A DNA stretch of 64,000 bases from Octopus sinensis (GCF_006345805.1 NC_043003.1:100502001-100566000), one strand, 5' to 3'; counted from the first letter of the stretch, positions 37,620 to 51,680 are shown. The notes: generated by a model not told the origin, from the letters alone. Numbers and translations are program-made.

Positions 37620-38830
37620 TGAGGTTTCTTTTAGTTGCAATGGTGTAGATGATGTTATTGTTTTTCTCAGATGTGGTACCAGTGCTTGCTGCTGATGTTG
37701 TTGAATGGATCTGTTGATGCAATTGTTGTTCTGGTTGCTGCTACTCTTAGTACTCATGCTGTTGGTGCTGTTGTTGTTGCTGTGTTAGAGGTGTCTGCAG
37801 CAGAGGAGTTTTCCTTTTCTTTGCATGGAGCAGAAAGCCTTCAAATGGTTTGTCTAGTCCCCAATGTAACATCTCGGTTTTCTGCTCTTACTGCTAAAAA
37901 TGTGCCATTAGGGAGGCTGATCAGGTCAGGAATGGCTCTGATACTGCTTTGATCAGTGTGTATTCATAATTCAATGCCCACGCCTGACCAATTCTCCTTT
38001 GCCGTTTTAGGAACTTAGAGAATTCTTGTTCTTTTTTTTATGCTGTATAATATGGCTGCCAACAGCAAACAGATGTCCACTTCTAGTGGTGCTTTGGCTA
38101 CCTCTATTTTGACCACCCTCCAGCTGAGTTATGCTAGAATTAACCATAATTCCTCACTTTTAAGGGTTATTGTCACACTTTCTTTGGCTAATTCTTCAGT
38201 TGGGAATCTTGCCTCAACTGTACCAAAACATCTCTCATGGACAACTTAATTTTTTAACCCTCAGACTGGTCTTTGGCATTTTTCAGCCTGGGCCTGTGTT
38301 ACTTGTTCCAGTCTCCAAGTCTTTATTGAGATACATCTGTATATAATGTTTTTTTCTTAGAGTTTTCCTGTGTTTCATCTGGCATGTTCAGGAAGACTGT
38401 TCTGTCATTTGTTAAGTACACTTTACTTTCACTTAATGTTTTTTCTACCAACTCAACATTTTCCATTTTATGACAAGCTTATATGAAGCCTTTTGCATTT
38501 TGCTGAGAAATAAGAATGGCAACTCTTTTAGTGGTATTGTTTTTGTCGTTGTTGGTGTTGTGGTGTCCTTGTTTTTGTCATTTTTTATTTTAGCCTACTC
38601 ATCACTGCTGCTGCAACTTTCTGTGCTTTGTCTCTTGACCACATCAACTGGTGGTGGGAAAACTGTTCCAACAACCATTACTTCCCTTGATTTGGGAAAC
38701 CATATGCTATTGTTTCGTAATACTAAATTTTCAATTCTAAATCTTAAAATTCACTTGTAAAGGGTGAATTCTGGCTAAACCAGCTTGCTTCACTTGCTGT
38801 GAGCTGGCTTATTTAGGAAACAGTTAAAAA
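37620..38830 (-). mobile_element. Second, decayed ORF1-only Tx1-like element
   Basis: FGTVEARFPTEELAKESVTITLKSEELWLILA*LSWRVVKIEV..LAAIL aligns with 5856-6347; decayed knuckle PRCYIGD*TNHLKAFC; no ORF2. Confidence 0.6.
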
Positions 38831-38947
38831 AAAATATTTGCAATACCAACTAATAAAACAACAAATTTTAAAGGAAACTTACAAGCCACAAACAAGTATC
38901 CACTCCTTCCAAACACAAATAATAATAATAATAATAATAACAACAAC

Positions 38948-40375
38948 AGGACTCAAGAAGTGTGGAATAATGTACCTAAAAAGAGGCAAGGTACAGTCCC
39001 TAGCAGGGATAGAATCACTCAATAGAGAACTGATTAAACAAATTGAAATGGAAGACTACAAAAACCTTGGCATACTTGAGTTCAATGAGATAATGGAGAA
39101 GGAAATGAAAGAGCAACTGAGGATGGAATATTTCTGAAGACTAAATTGACCAGATGGAATAAAATCTAAGTAGTTAATACATAGGCGATAGCATCGCTTC
39201 AGTATGGAGCTAGAATCATAAAATGGCAAAAGAAAGAAGTGATGAACATGGATACAAAGATGAGAAAAACATTGACAGTGCATGGAGCCTTCCACCCTAA
39301 GAGTGATACCGATAGTCTGTACTTGTCCAGAAGAAAGGATGGGAGAAGTTTGATCAGTTGCCAGGATTGTAGCAAAGCAGAGGAAAACAACTTAGGGTGG
39401 CATGCAAAGAATGCTGTGGAGCCATTGTTGAAACATGCGAAGAAGGCTGGTGTCATTAAAACTGAGAATTGTGTAAACAAAGAAAATCTTAAAGAGGAAA
39501 AGAACACAAAAAAAGAAACAGCATAAAAGGAAAAAAATGCATTGTCAGTTTGCAAGAGATATGAATGCCAAGACAGATACAGAAGACTGATGGCTATGGA
39601 TGAGGAGGAGTGACCTGAAGATAGAGACAGAAGCACTGATATGCAGAGCTCAAGAACAAGTGTTAAGGGCTAACTATGTGAAATGCAGAATTGACAACAC
39701 TATCAACAGTGACAAATACAGAATATGTGGTGAGAGGGGTGAAATGGTATGGCACATCATGAGCGAATGCCCAAAATTGGCAGAACGTGACTACAAAAGA
39801 CATGACAATATGGCAAGAATATCCATTGGGAGCTCTGACAAAATCATGGCCTATAAAGAGCAATGACATGGTATGAGAAAACTCCAGAAGGAGTCACCGA
39901 GAATGAAAACTGCAAAATCCTGTGGGATGCAATGATTTAGTGCAATCATCTGATCAGACATCGGAAACTAGATATTGTTGTGGTGAAAAAAAACAAAAAA
40001 AAAAACATGCATGATATTCGATATAGCATGTCCCAGTAACAACAGGATCAAAGAGAAAGAAGAAAAACTGAACAATGATGATGATTTGAAGTGGGAAATA
40101 CAAAGGTTAGCGGGGTCAATGAAGAGTGTAGATGTGGTACCAACAGTAACTGGCACACTTGGAAGAATCAGCACTCAACTACTAACATGGCTGAAAAAGA
40201 TTGGTACAAATGTAAAAGTAGAACACCTACAAAAAGCAGTACTGTCTGGAACTGCAAGAATTCTTTGCAGGGTACTTAAAGTATGACCAGTTAACAAATG
40301 TCACCTTAGTCTGCTGGCTGTGGACAGTTGACACTTTCCATCATATCCAGCAAAATAAGCAGTGAGTTTTCATTA
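38948..40375 (+). mobile_element. 5'-truncated R4/Dong-like LINE (RT C-terminus, CCHC, RLE)
   Basis: LYLSRRKDGRSL; RICGERGEMVWHIMSEC; RKLDIVV..IFDIACP; between (AAT)n tracts. Confidence 0.85.
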
Positions 40376-40414
40376 AATAATAATAATAATATAATAATAA
40401 TAATGATAATAATA

Positions 40415-41365
40415 AGAGAGCGAATAATGCAGATATCGACAAAGCCCTGACCCATCAATGGCTAATGGCCTCTGGCTTAAAATCTGATGTTTCAGAGGGG
40501 TTTATCATAGCAGCTCAAGATCAATGCCTACCAACAAGAAACTACCAGGCCAACATATTAAAGAATGGCAGTAGCCCAACATGTCGTGTATGCCAACAAC
40601 AAAATGAAACCATTGATCATGTTGTCTCCAAATGCAGTCTTCTAGCGCCTACAGAGTACCTCAATAGGCATGATAGAGCTGCACAATATATTCACTGGGT
40701 AATTTGCAAAAACCTGGATTTGCCCCATGAAAAAAAACTGGTGGGAACACAATCCACCTCCAGTGCTTAAAAATGACCACATCTCACTCCTCTGGAACTT
40801 CACCATTCAAACTGACAGGAAGATAGATGCAAATATGCCAGACATCATATTGAAAGACTTCAAACAAAGAACATGCCTCATCATTGATATGACTGTCCCA
40901 ATCGATATAAACGTATCTGTCAAGACCTACCAAAAACTGAGCAAATATAAAGATCTTGAAATAGAAATCAGCAAAATGTGGAAGCTGAAGACTAAAACAA
41001 TACCTGTTGTCATAGGTGCCCTGGGAATGATAGCGAAAGGGACTGATTGCTACCTAACTCAGATACCAGGAAACCACAAAATGGCAGAAATTCAAAAGAT
41101 AGTGCTCATGGGAACTGCTCATATCCTACGCAAAATACTCTCTATGTAATCCCAAGGTTTAAAACAAACTTTTTTTTTTCTTTTAATTTCTTTTTCTTTT
41201 CTTTTATTTTATATTTATTTATTTTTTTCTATGTTTTAGACATTCACTAGTACAACCCCTCCCCCCAATATATGGCACAGAACTTCCAACCTGTTGTCTC
41301 TTGAGGTCTCTGGGTGAGACTTGGAGCCAACTTGTACAGACATAAAGCAAAAGTCAAACATAGAA
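40415..41365 (+). mobile_element. 5'-truncated R4/Dong-like LINE (CCHC + RLE), second family
   Basis: CRVCQQQNETIDHVVSKC; ANMPDIILKD..LIIDMTVP..KLSKY; (AAT)n on both sides. Confidence 0.9.
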
Positions 41366-41819
41366 TAATAATAATAATAATAATAAAAATAATAAATAGT
41401 GATAATAATTGAATCAGGAGGCCTGCAGTTTGGGGAAGGAGCGAATCAATTAAACTGGCTTCTTATGAACATGTTTATATATGGGTTATTGAAATGAGTA
41501 CAGTTATAAAGAAAACATGATAATAATAATAATAATAATAATAATAATTCAAAGATATTGTACAATTTCTTCTTCTTCTTCTTCTTCTTATTATTATTAT
41601 TAAGATGGCAAACTGGCAGAATTGCTAGCATCCTGGGTGAAATGGTATTTCATCTGCTGCTACATTCCACCAAGGTTGACTTTGCCTTTCATCCTTTTGA
41701 GGCTGATGAAATAAGTACCAGTTATGCACTGGAGTCTATGTAACCAACTTGCCCCCTCCCCCAAAATTTCAGGCCTTGTGCCTATAGTAGAAAGGATTAT
41801 TATAATTATTATTGAATAG

Positions 41820-42880
41820 TCTTATTTTTATTACATGCTTTCAGTGTACTACCGAGCACAGCTCTGTGTGCCTTGAGTATGTACTGTAATTTGTTTTGGT
41901 GTTGTTATTTTAACTGTATTGAAAGTGTTTGATGTGTACAGTACCTTGCAGTGTTATTTGCTGTATATATTCATAAGCCTAGGTGTTTTGGTTATATGTA
42001 TGTTTTTTAACCATACCTAATGCACCTATCATTATAGGGATTATTTCTGTTTTTAGGCTCCACACACAGGTTCTCTTTGCATTTCAAGAGTTTTTTCATT
42101 TCTCTTAGAGATACATTGTCATTTGTTGGGATTAGAAGGCAATTTATTTTCTTGGTGGTTTCTGATAACTTTAACCAGTCAATTAGCCTTGATCTCTTGC
42201 TTTGTCATTTTCTGAAACCTTTTTCTGAGATATGCCTATACCATTTTTTTTTTGTTTTTACTATCATTCCATAGTTCTAGCATAACTTCTCCAAGTGTAT
42301 ATAAGTCTCACCTCACTCATGTCTGTGGATATATTCCTTTTTAGCCAAGACTGGGCAGCCAGAGATAATGTGACTTGTTTCTTTCCCATCATTACATATT
42401 CTGCAGTTACTTATTGTATTTTTCTTCAGTATGTGTTTTTTATGGTTTCTGGTGAGGAGGTGTTGATCTTGTGCCACAATTAAAAACCCTCCAGTCTCTG
42501 CTTTGAGTCATGAACTTCTTAACCATTGTTGGGATTATACTTTGTCTATTTCTTTTCTGTTTAGCTTATCCTGGTATTTGCCATGGAATGACTTCTCTTA
42601 CCATCATTTTATCATGGTATTTTGTAGCTTCTTGTATTTTTTGGCTTCCTTGAAGAAAACAGTCTTTTGCTTTGCTCATGCTTTGTGACTATTTGTATCA
42701 GTTTTCTCTAGCTCTGAGTTAGATATTTCTGTAATTCTATGGTGGGTATTTTATAGTATCCTATTTGTATAAGGCCTCTACTGCATTCAATTCACTGTAT
42801 ATATAACCTTTTTATGGGTGGTGTATTCTAAATGCCATCATATTTTTCTTGTTTGGTTAGTTCATTTAGTTATTATTATT
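41820..42880 (-). mobile_element. Decayed R4/Dong-like LINE 3' part
   Basis: Frameshifted remnants of the GLKAETEGFI.AQDQ / CCHC region on the minus strand; bounded by (TAT)n. Confidence 0.6.
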
Positions 42881-43215
42881 ATTGTTATTATTAACATTAT
42901 TATTATTAATCATTCATTCAACAATGAAAATAAGTCTAATGAATATAGTAATAAGAACTCAAAATATCTTTGATTGTAAAAAAAAAATAATCTGAGCTGT
43001 AAAAGAATCAAAAGTATATCTGTACCTTAAATGATGATAATCTGGCAAAGAAGACTGGAAGGGAGAAAAAAACGAGTTACATTTACATTGTTGTCTTTCT
43101 TTTTTTAACTTCTTCTGACTTGTTTCTTTTTTCTTTCTATAAAAATATTCAAGGGTCCATAGTAATACTGGAAATAACATCTATTCCAGTATTAAGTTGT
43201 GGAAGTACAAACTAC

Positions 43216-43588
43216 TTGCCATTCCTTATTGATAGAAGCCTTTGATGAGTCTCTAAGTGGTCTACGGCGTGTTGGTATAAACTGATATGGATGACTCCTA
43301 GTTGCTTTTGGCAAACTAGCAGAGTGACTACATGAGACTGTAATTTGTGGGTATAAGTTCAAGGTATCACTGGTAGTATTGATCAAGTTAATTTGATTGT
43401 CTTTTGAATAACTTTGCTTGGCAGATTCCAGAGAGTCTGGTGTGGAATTTTCCTCGAGATGAAAGTTAATAGGATCTAGTTTAGATTCTAGCAAGATTAA
43501 AGTCTGGCGAATGCATTCTGCGTCATCTTCCAAACGTTGTAGCTGCTTGCTAAATTTCTTCTGAGACATCAGATGTTCCCAGTAATGC
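43216..43588 (-). CDS. Candidate host-gene exon (RHYWEHLMSQKKFSKQLQRLEDDAECIRQTLILLESKL...KEWQ)
   Basis: 145-codon ORF in unique sequence; acceptor gtcttgcccatttttag|G; donor weak (CAA|gtagtt), so the exon may instead run to the stop at 43192. Confidence 0.6.
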
Positions 43589-44329
43589 CTAAAAATGGGC
43601 AAGACATTAAAAGACTTCACTGCCATCACAGATCTTAATTAGATAACCAAAAGCAAAGAAAATTTATAATGGTATCTACAAAAGTTTGATGTAATTATTA
43701 AAGATAGATTTCACAACAAGAAGGTATATTACTTTGCAGTTTTTTTTTTCTTTTGTAAAGAAATATTTCACTTTGAAAGAATTCAGTTCATTAATTACCA
43801 TTACAAGATTCAGAAATTAAACTACAGGATGTTGAAGAATGACTTCATTATTAAAAGTAAAACATTATGTATACATACATATACAGATGTGTGTGTGTGT
43901 GTGTATGTGTACACATATACATGCATATGTAAGAATGCTTACTAAATCTGAATAATTAGCAAACTATCCATCTACCATCATCATCATTGCTTAATGTCCA
44001 CCTTTCTAGGCTGGACAGATTTTGTATGACTAAATGCCCTTCCTGTTGCCATCTCTCACTGATTTCCAAGTATCATGCAATGTCAAGACGAAGAAGCTGT
44101 CACATGCCTGCACACACACACATACATCAAAACAGGAGATGGGAAAAAATTTTTGTTATTATTTATTCACCACTACACATCTTTCATTTGCTAAAATATA
44201 GACATATATATATCTCTTAATAATTCTATTAGATACCTATACAGAATGCTCTCTCCCCTACTTCCCCTGGTAAACATGGCAAATACAATAATGGTGAATT
44301 AAATGAAGGCTGAAACCTATTTGTACCTA

Positions 44330-47300
44330 TATATGTCTGCTAAATGTACATGCGAGCTTTCTTTTCAGATGCAAAATACTATTCCCCATCCCACACCTTC
44401 TACATCCTCAGAGTTGGCACACTTAATGAGATTGTTGAGATGCTTGAATGGAGGAGTGTAGATGTGTCTTGCATCCAAGAAGTAAGGTGGAGAAGAAGTT
44501 CTGCTAGGTTCTTCTTCTTCTTCTTCTTCTTACAGCATTCACCCGGGGTGGGTTGAACTGGCTTCATTCATTCTCAATGCTGCATCTCTCACAAACGCCA
44601 ACCAGGCCTGGCGATTTGAGGCTAACAACTGCGTGATCTCCAACCACTCCTTATTCCAGTGGCAAATGCCGTAGATATGGGGGCCTAGATTGGGTTCCAG
44701 ATCAGCCTTGACTGTCATCAGCCAGCCCTGTAGAGGAGCTGGGGCAATTGCTTCGTAGATGAATTCTCCTGGTTGACGCCGGAGGGCATGACCCAGCCAA
44801 CGTAGACGTCTCGTTAGGATGACTTGTCGGAGGGAGGTGATTCTGCACTGGTGTCACACTGAATTGTACATTTGCTGACGTCCAGTTTGCTATCAATGAG
44901 CTCCAGCGTGTTGCATCGCAGATTGGTATGAAAGTCAATGCCTCGAAGACCAAAATCCTCACAGCGAGCTTTGCACCATCAGACAAAACACCCACTGTCC
45001 TCAATGGTAATATTCTTGAAGAGGTTGAGAATTTCAAATACCTTGGTGCCATTATTACAGCTACAGATCAAGGTGAAGCTGACATTAAAACAAGAATCGA
45101 CCTCACTTGCCAAGCCTTCAACCGACTCAGTGCACAACTCTGGTCAAGATCTGAGATCCGACGCACCACCAAAGTATGGATCTACCAAGCACTAGTGCGA
45201 ACGATTCTCCTTTACGGCAGCGAGTTATGGCCAATGAAGGTGAAAGATATTAAGCGACTAGAATCCTTCGATCACCTCTGTCTACGCTGCATCCTTCGTG
45301 TCCGATGGCATCACTTTGTCTCCAACAATTTGCTGCTAGGTTCTTCACAGGTAAAGAGCATAGGTATAAGAATTTCTGGATAGGAAGAGTGATGGGGTTG
45401 GGGGCATGGGCATACTTCTTGTTGAAAAATGGGTTGATAAAGTAATCAGAGTAGTCAGAGTGAGCAACAGAATACTTAAGCTTAGACTAGTGTTGCAACA
45501 TGGAACAGCAACCATTATCTTGGCTTATGCCCCTCAGCCAGTTCTACCTGATGATCAGAGAAAGACCAATTTTATGACACCCTTTTGCCTACTGCCTTGT
45601 CAACAAATGTCTAGGACCTTCTCTTTGTGGCTGGGAACTTCAATGGGTATGTTGGACAACATCTAGGTGGCTAAAGATTTGGTACTCGTAATGAGGAGGA
45701 AACCAGGCTGCTGGAGTTTTGTGATGCAAATGATCTTATGGTTTGTAATACTAACTTCAGAAAATTTGGTGGTCACCTGTTCACCTATCAATCTAGTAGG
45801 CACACTAGTCAGATTGACTACACTCTTGCCAGAAAATGGGAAAGATGGATGCTTATAAATGCCAAAACTTTTCCAGCTGAAGAATGCACCTCACAACATC
45901 AGTTAGTTGTTAGCAACTTCAGGATCAGGGCTAAATGGCTGCCTAGAAAACAACCAGTGTGGAAAAGAAGGTCTGGAAGCTTAAGAATCATCTGAAAGGA
46001 CAGAGATTTAGAGACAAGTTACTCGAAGCAGTTGATGAAAAAGAAGAGGATATAGTGATATATAATGTGGAGGACAACTAGGGGCTCCTACAGGACAACC
46101 TACTGAAGGCTACTGACCAAATCTGTGGCTGGTGCAAAGTCCTCCTTGACCTAAGATGACGTAGTGGTGGAACAGAGTAGTTGATATGGCTGCTAGAGAA
46201 AAGAAATGGGCCTACAAGGACTGGACGTATGGAGATAGCAGGGAACTGTATCAGAAGGGAAGCTAGAAGACAGGTTTATTCTGTCAGGGAAGAATTAGAA
46301 ACGAAGTTTGCCAATGGTCTGTGACATGAGGACCAAAGACTTGAAGTGTTTCAGATTGCAAGACAGTGTATGAGAGAAAACGATGACATCACAGGAGAGA
46401 AATATGTCTGCATGTATAATGGTTCACTTATATTTAATGATTCTGCATAGAAAGAGGCTTGGAAACGTCATTATGAAAGACTACTAAATGTGGAGAATGA
46501 ATAGGAGCAGGAGAGTCTGTCAAATGTCGACCAAACTAAGAAACCAGTTATCCAAATAAAGAAATGAAGGATATGAATATAGGGAAAGCCCCTGGCCCAT
46601 CAGGAATCACTGCTGAGATGCTTAAAATATCTAGCAGAGTAGTATATAGCCTAGTCATCCGTATAGTGAATCAGGTTGTACATGAGGGAATCATACCTAA
46701 CAACTGGTGTAGCAGCATTATAGTCAACTGCAACACAGGCAAAGGTGATGCCTTAGGTACAAATAATTACAGAGGCATCAAAAGTAGAAAAGTGGTTTGT
46801 AGAAACTCCATAAGATGTACTCAGTGTAAGCTACAGACACATAAGAGGTGCAGCAATATCAGAGGAAGGTTAACAGAGAAAATAGTTTTTGTGTATGGAT
46901 GGTGCAATAAACATAAAAAACATACAGAAAATAGATTCCATTAAATGCCAGGGGGATACCTAGAAGTAGTTGATAGCTTCCATTATCTAGTTGACCAAGT
47001 CAACTGTAGAGGTGGATGCTTCAAGAGTGTATCTGCTAGAATAAGAAGAGGCTGGGCAAAGTTCAGAAAGCTTCTACCTCTGTTGGTAACTAAGGGCCTC
47101 TCTCTCAGAGTGCAAGGCAGATTGTATGATGCTTGTGTGTGAACAACCATGCTACATGGCAGTGAAACATGGGGTGTGACTGCCAAGGATATGCGTAGGC
47201 TTGAAAGAAATGAAGCTAGTATGAAATGAAGCTGGATGTAAAATGTCAGTGTGCATGCTCAACAGAGTGTAAGCATATTGAGAGAAAAGTTTAGCATAAG

Positions 47301-47965
47301 AGGCATCAGATGTGGTGTGCAAGAGAGACGATTGCATTGGTATGGTCATGAGATGCATATGGATGAGGACAGTTGTGTGAAGAAGCTGTGGAGGTAACTT
47401 ATGGAAGAGGTAGACTCAGGAAGACATGGAACGAGGTGGTGAATGTTGGGCCTCATGGAGGCGATGATAAGTGACTGAGACCTTCAGCAATATGCCGCGC
47501 TTGAGAAGACCTGTGAAGCCAAGTGAAATTGTAGTCATGGCCAATGCCAGTGTCATGTAACTGGCACCCATGCTGGTGGCACAGAAAAACAACACCCTAT
47601 GAACATTGGGCCTCACAGAGGCAATGATAAGTGACTGAGACATTTAGCAATATGCTGGTGGCATATAAAAAGCACCCATTACACTCTTGAACTCATTGGT
47701 GTTAGGAAAAGCATCCAGCCATAGAAACCACATCAAATCAGATTGGAACCTGGTGTAGCTCTCCAGCTTCCCACAGTTGGGCAAAGGCTTCAGATGTCGT
47801 GTGCAAGAGAGACAACTGCATTGGTAAAGTCAGGTGATGAATATGGATGAGGACAACTGTGTAAAGAAGGGCCAATCTTTAACTGTGGAGGAACTTGTGG
47901 AAGCTTCAGTCAAACCCTCTAACCCATGCCAGCATGCAAAGCAGACACTAAAGAATGATGATGAT
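44330..47965 (+). mobile_element. Decayed RTE-clade LINE (APE-RT) with (GAT)n tail, interrupted at 44514
   Basis: CIQEVRWR|SARFFTGKEHRY; AYAPQ; SQIDYTL; KAPGPSGITAE; YLEVVDSFHYL; LHWYGH. Confidence 0.85.
44515..45332 (-). mobile_element. Different RTE-family insertion with 5' inversion (twin priming), (GAA)n tail and 14-bp TSD
   Basis: TSD CTGCTAGGTTCTTC at 44501-44514 and 45333-45346. Minus 44515-44867 encodes the ORF C-terminus (RRLRWLGH..SSTHPG*); plus 44868-45330 encodes the preceding RT segment. Confidence 0.85.
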
Positions 47966-49264
47966 GAGGAATGGGTGCCTTTCAGTTTTTGTCTAACAAA
48001 ATCTTCTGACAAGGCTTTGGTTGGCCTGGGAGTATAGTAGAAGACATTCGCCTAAGATGCCACACAGAGAAATTGAACCCAAAATCATGTGGTTTAGAAG
48101 CAAAATTCTTAACTCATAGTTATATCTGCACACACACATACACATGTATGTCATCATCATTTATGTCCATTTTCTATGCTGGCTTGGGTTGGATGGTTTG
48201 ACAGGAACTGGTAAGGCCAGGAACCATACCAGGTTCTATAGTCTGTTTTGGCTTGATTTCCACAGCTGGATGCCACCCTTCTTAATGCCAACAAGGAGAA
48301 AGACACTTCAGAGTGGAAGTGGCATGTATTTGAACAAAATAGACAAATACAGGATATCAAATACCATAAAACATAAATTCTTGATTTATTAAAATTATCT
48401 CCACCTCTAGAGGATGTATCATAATTACCAAATGGCATTTAAGGAATCAAGATTTCTCCAAAATTGACATGCCATTAAGGCTTATTGTCTGGAGATGTGT
48501 TTTTGGCTCGATAATGATTATCAGCATGGCAACTGCACAACCTTATTTCCAGTAGCCAAGAGAAAAAAGCTAAGAAAAATAACTCAGAGTGGTTAGTGGC
48601 ATGTATTTGAACAAGAATGACAAATATTATACAGTATAAGTTCTTGATTTATTAAAATTATTCATATATGTATATACAAACATACATAATGTCTTAGATA
48701 TGGCATTAAACCACACCTAGCGATTCAGAAGCTCTGGAATTGTGGAGAGTGTGGAGTCCCCTTAATTACTACTACTCTCATGTCCGTTCTGATCTAGTAT
48801 AGTAGTACCTGTCAGGATCCTATCTATGGGTTAAAAAGATTTCCCAGGGGTAGAGGAGGCGTCTGTTATTTTTGACAAAGCTGTGGAGAAGGCAGTTCTT
48901 CTAGCAGAAAGATACTCTGACATAAAACTTGCAGTTGAGATAGTACTAGTCATCTTGCAATACTTGTCACTAGAGCTACCAAGAGAGTGACAAAAATGTA
49001 TAGTCTTTTGTTACTTAAATCCAATGACAGATGTCTACTATTTCATTTCTAGGTCTCTTTTGTATTTTATAAAGTCCTATGGTGATGGATGCATGGTGAC
49101 ATGAAGCAGGGCCATATGATAGATTTTTGTCTTGAAGTTATTGGCTGGCCTGAAAAGTCATCATATCCATGCTCGTGCAGGGATGAAACTAAATCAGGTT
49201 GAATGTAAGAGTTATCATATGATAAGATGAGATGACCATCATAATATATGATGCATGTATGTAA

Positions 49265-49420
49265 TGTGTGTGATAAGAAATTTGCTTCCCAATCGCTTGG
49301 TTTTGGGTTCAGTCCCGCTGTATGGCACATTGAGCAAATGTCTTCTACCATAGCTCCAAGCCGACCAAAGCCTTGTGAGTAGATTTGATAAGCAAAAACT
49401 GCAAGATGCCAGTTGTATTA
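49265..49420 (+). mobile_element. Partial tRNA-head SINE
   Basis: Matches the head and body of 52973-53130. Confidence 0.7.
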
Positions 49421-49434
49421 TGTGTGTGTGTAGC

Positions 49435-50530
49435 GTATACTTCACCATCCACAAAGATGATGCCCTTGCCTTAACTGCAAATACCAATGGACCAGCACAG
49501 GATCAGTTTAGGAAGGACATTATCCAGTTGATGAAAACCTTTGGACTTAGCACAACTACAGACACCAACCTGACGGTTGTCAATTTCCTGGACGTATCCT
49601 TAGATCTAAATAAGAACATTTATAAGCCTTATAGGAAGCCCAATGATAAACTTAGTTATATTAATGTGGGTTCCTGCCATCCCCCCAAAGTGTTTAAAAA
49701 TTTAGTTAAAAACATTAGCAAAAGAATTTCTAGTCTCTCCCCTGATAGGGACATTTTTAATAGCATTTCCCCAGTATGTAATAAGGCTCTAAAAGATAGT
49801 GGATTTAGCGAGGAAATAACCTATACACCTGCTACCAGCCCAACAATACAGAAGAGGAAACATAGGAATAGGAAAACTATCTGGTTCACACACCCCTACT
49901 CACCCGAGGTGACCTTCAATATAGGCAAGTATTTCTTAGCACTGATAGATAGACATTTTCCAGTCAACCATACTTACAGAAAGCTCTTCAATAGACATAA
50001 CTTAAAAATCAGTTTCAGCTCAACTACCAATTTTATAAATATAATCGCACACAACACACGAAAACCACAATATGAAACCAGCTGTTCATGCAGGGATAAA
50101 AATTTGTGCCTGCTAAATGGAGTTTGCATGTCCGAGACCATCATTTATGAAACCACCTTGGACTCTATACCCATTAAAGACACGGTTTCGACGAAGAAAT
50201 AGGTGGGCCTTATAGAGGGTAATTTCAAGGCCAGGTTCAATAATCACACCTTGAGCTTTAGGCACTGGGATAAAAGAAAAATGACCAAATTATTCAGTCA
50301 TATATGATCATTAAAAGATAAAGGTGTCAGTTACAACATCCATTGGAAGATCTTAGCCAAGTGTAAGCCCTACACCAATGGTAGTGGAAAGTGCGGTCTA
50401 TGTGATATGGAAAGATGGTTCATCTGGAAAAGCAACTTAGACACCGCTACATTCAAGAACTGAACTTTTCTGATCATGCCCACAAGTGGCTAAATATTTG
50501 CTACGTTTTTGGTCTCCCCAAGATTACAGA
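49435..50530 (+). mobile_element. 5'-truncated Naiad-type Penelope-like element C (RT end + GIY-YIG)
   Basis: IHKDDAL, NFLDV, SCHPP, CSCRDKNLCLLNGVC, IIY..K*VG, CGLC; a few stops and a frameshift. Confidence 0.85.
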
Positions 50531-50619
50531 TAGGACTTGCTTTCTATATTGTGTCCACGTACAAGCTTTTTATCTCTTTATACTTTTTACTTATATTTCT
50601 TATATATTTTTATATATAT

Positions 50620-51680
50620 TTATATATTTTTTATACATATTTTTTACATATTTACAGAGATATTGCTTTATAGGTTTATTGCTCATATATTTTTTACACA
50701 TATTTTTTCTGTATTCTGCCTTCCACCCAGCATTTTCCCTGTATGTATATAGACGTGAATATGGAAACTTTTTATGTGCGTGTGTGCGGGTATGTGCGTA
50801 TATAGATGTGTGTGTGTGTGCATGCATGTGAGTATGTTTAAATATAGACATGTTTCACTCATTGTTTTTATACATTTTTTACACATTTTCCTGTATTTCG
50901 CCTTTAGCCATTTTTTCTTGTGCATGTACATATATAGACGTGTTTATGAACCTTTTTTTGTGCGTGTGCGTATATAGATGTATTTTACTCTTATTGCTTA
51001 TATTTTTTAATACTTCTTTACCATTTTTACTGTATTGTTGCCCATAGCCCTGTTTTTTTCTTGTGCATGTGCATATATTGACGTGTGTATGAACCTTTTT
51101 TGGTGCACGCGTGTGTGTGGGATTGTATATATATATATATTATATATATATATATTATATATATTTTTTATACATATTTTTTACATATTTACAGAGATAT
51201 TGCTTTATAGGTTTATTGCTCATATATTTTTTACACATATTTTTTCTGTATTCTGCCTTCCACCCAGCATTTTCCCTGTATGTATATAGACGTGAATATG
51301 GAAACTTTTTATGTGCGTGTGTGCGGGTATGTGCGTATATAGATGTGTGTGTGTGTGCATGCATGTGAGTATGTTTAAATATAGACATGTTTCACTCATT
51401 GTTTTTATACATTTTTTACACATTTTCCTGTATTTCGCCTTTAGCCATTTTTTCTTGTGCATGTACATATATAGACGTGTTTATGAACCTTTTTTTGTGC
51501 GTGTGCGTATATAGATGTATTTTACTCTTATTGCTTATATTTTTTAATACTTCTTTACCATTTTTACTGTATTGTTGCCCATAGCCCTGTTTTTTTCTTG
51601 TGCATGTGCATATATTGACGTGTGTATGAACCTTTTTTGGTGCACGCGTGTGTGTGGGATTGTATATATATATATATTTT
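50620..51680. repeat. Tandem duplication with a 537-bp period
   Basis: Identical translated ORF pairs offset by 537 nt (for example 50774/51311, 50850/51387). Confidence 0.9.
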
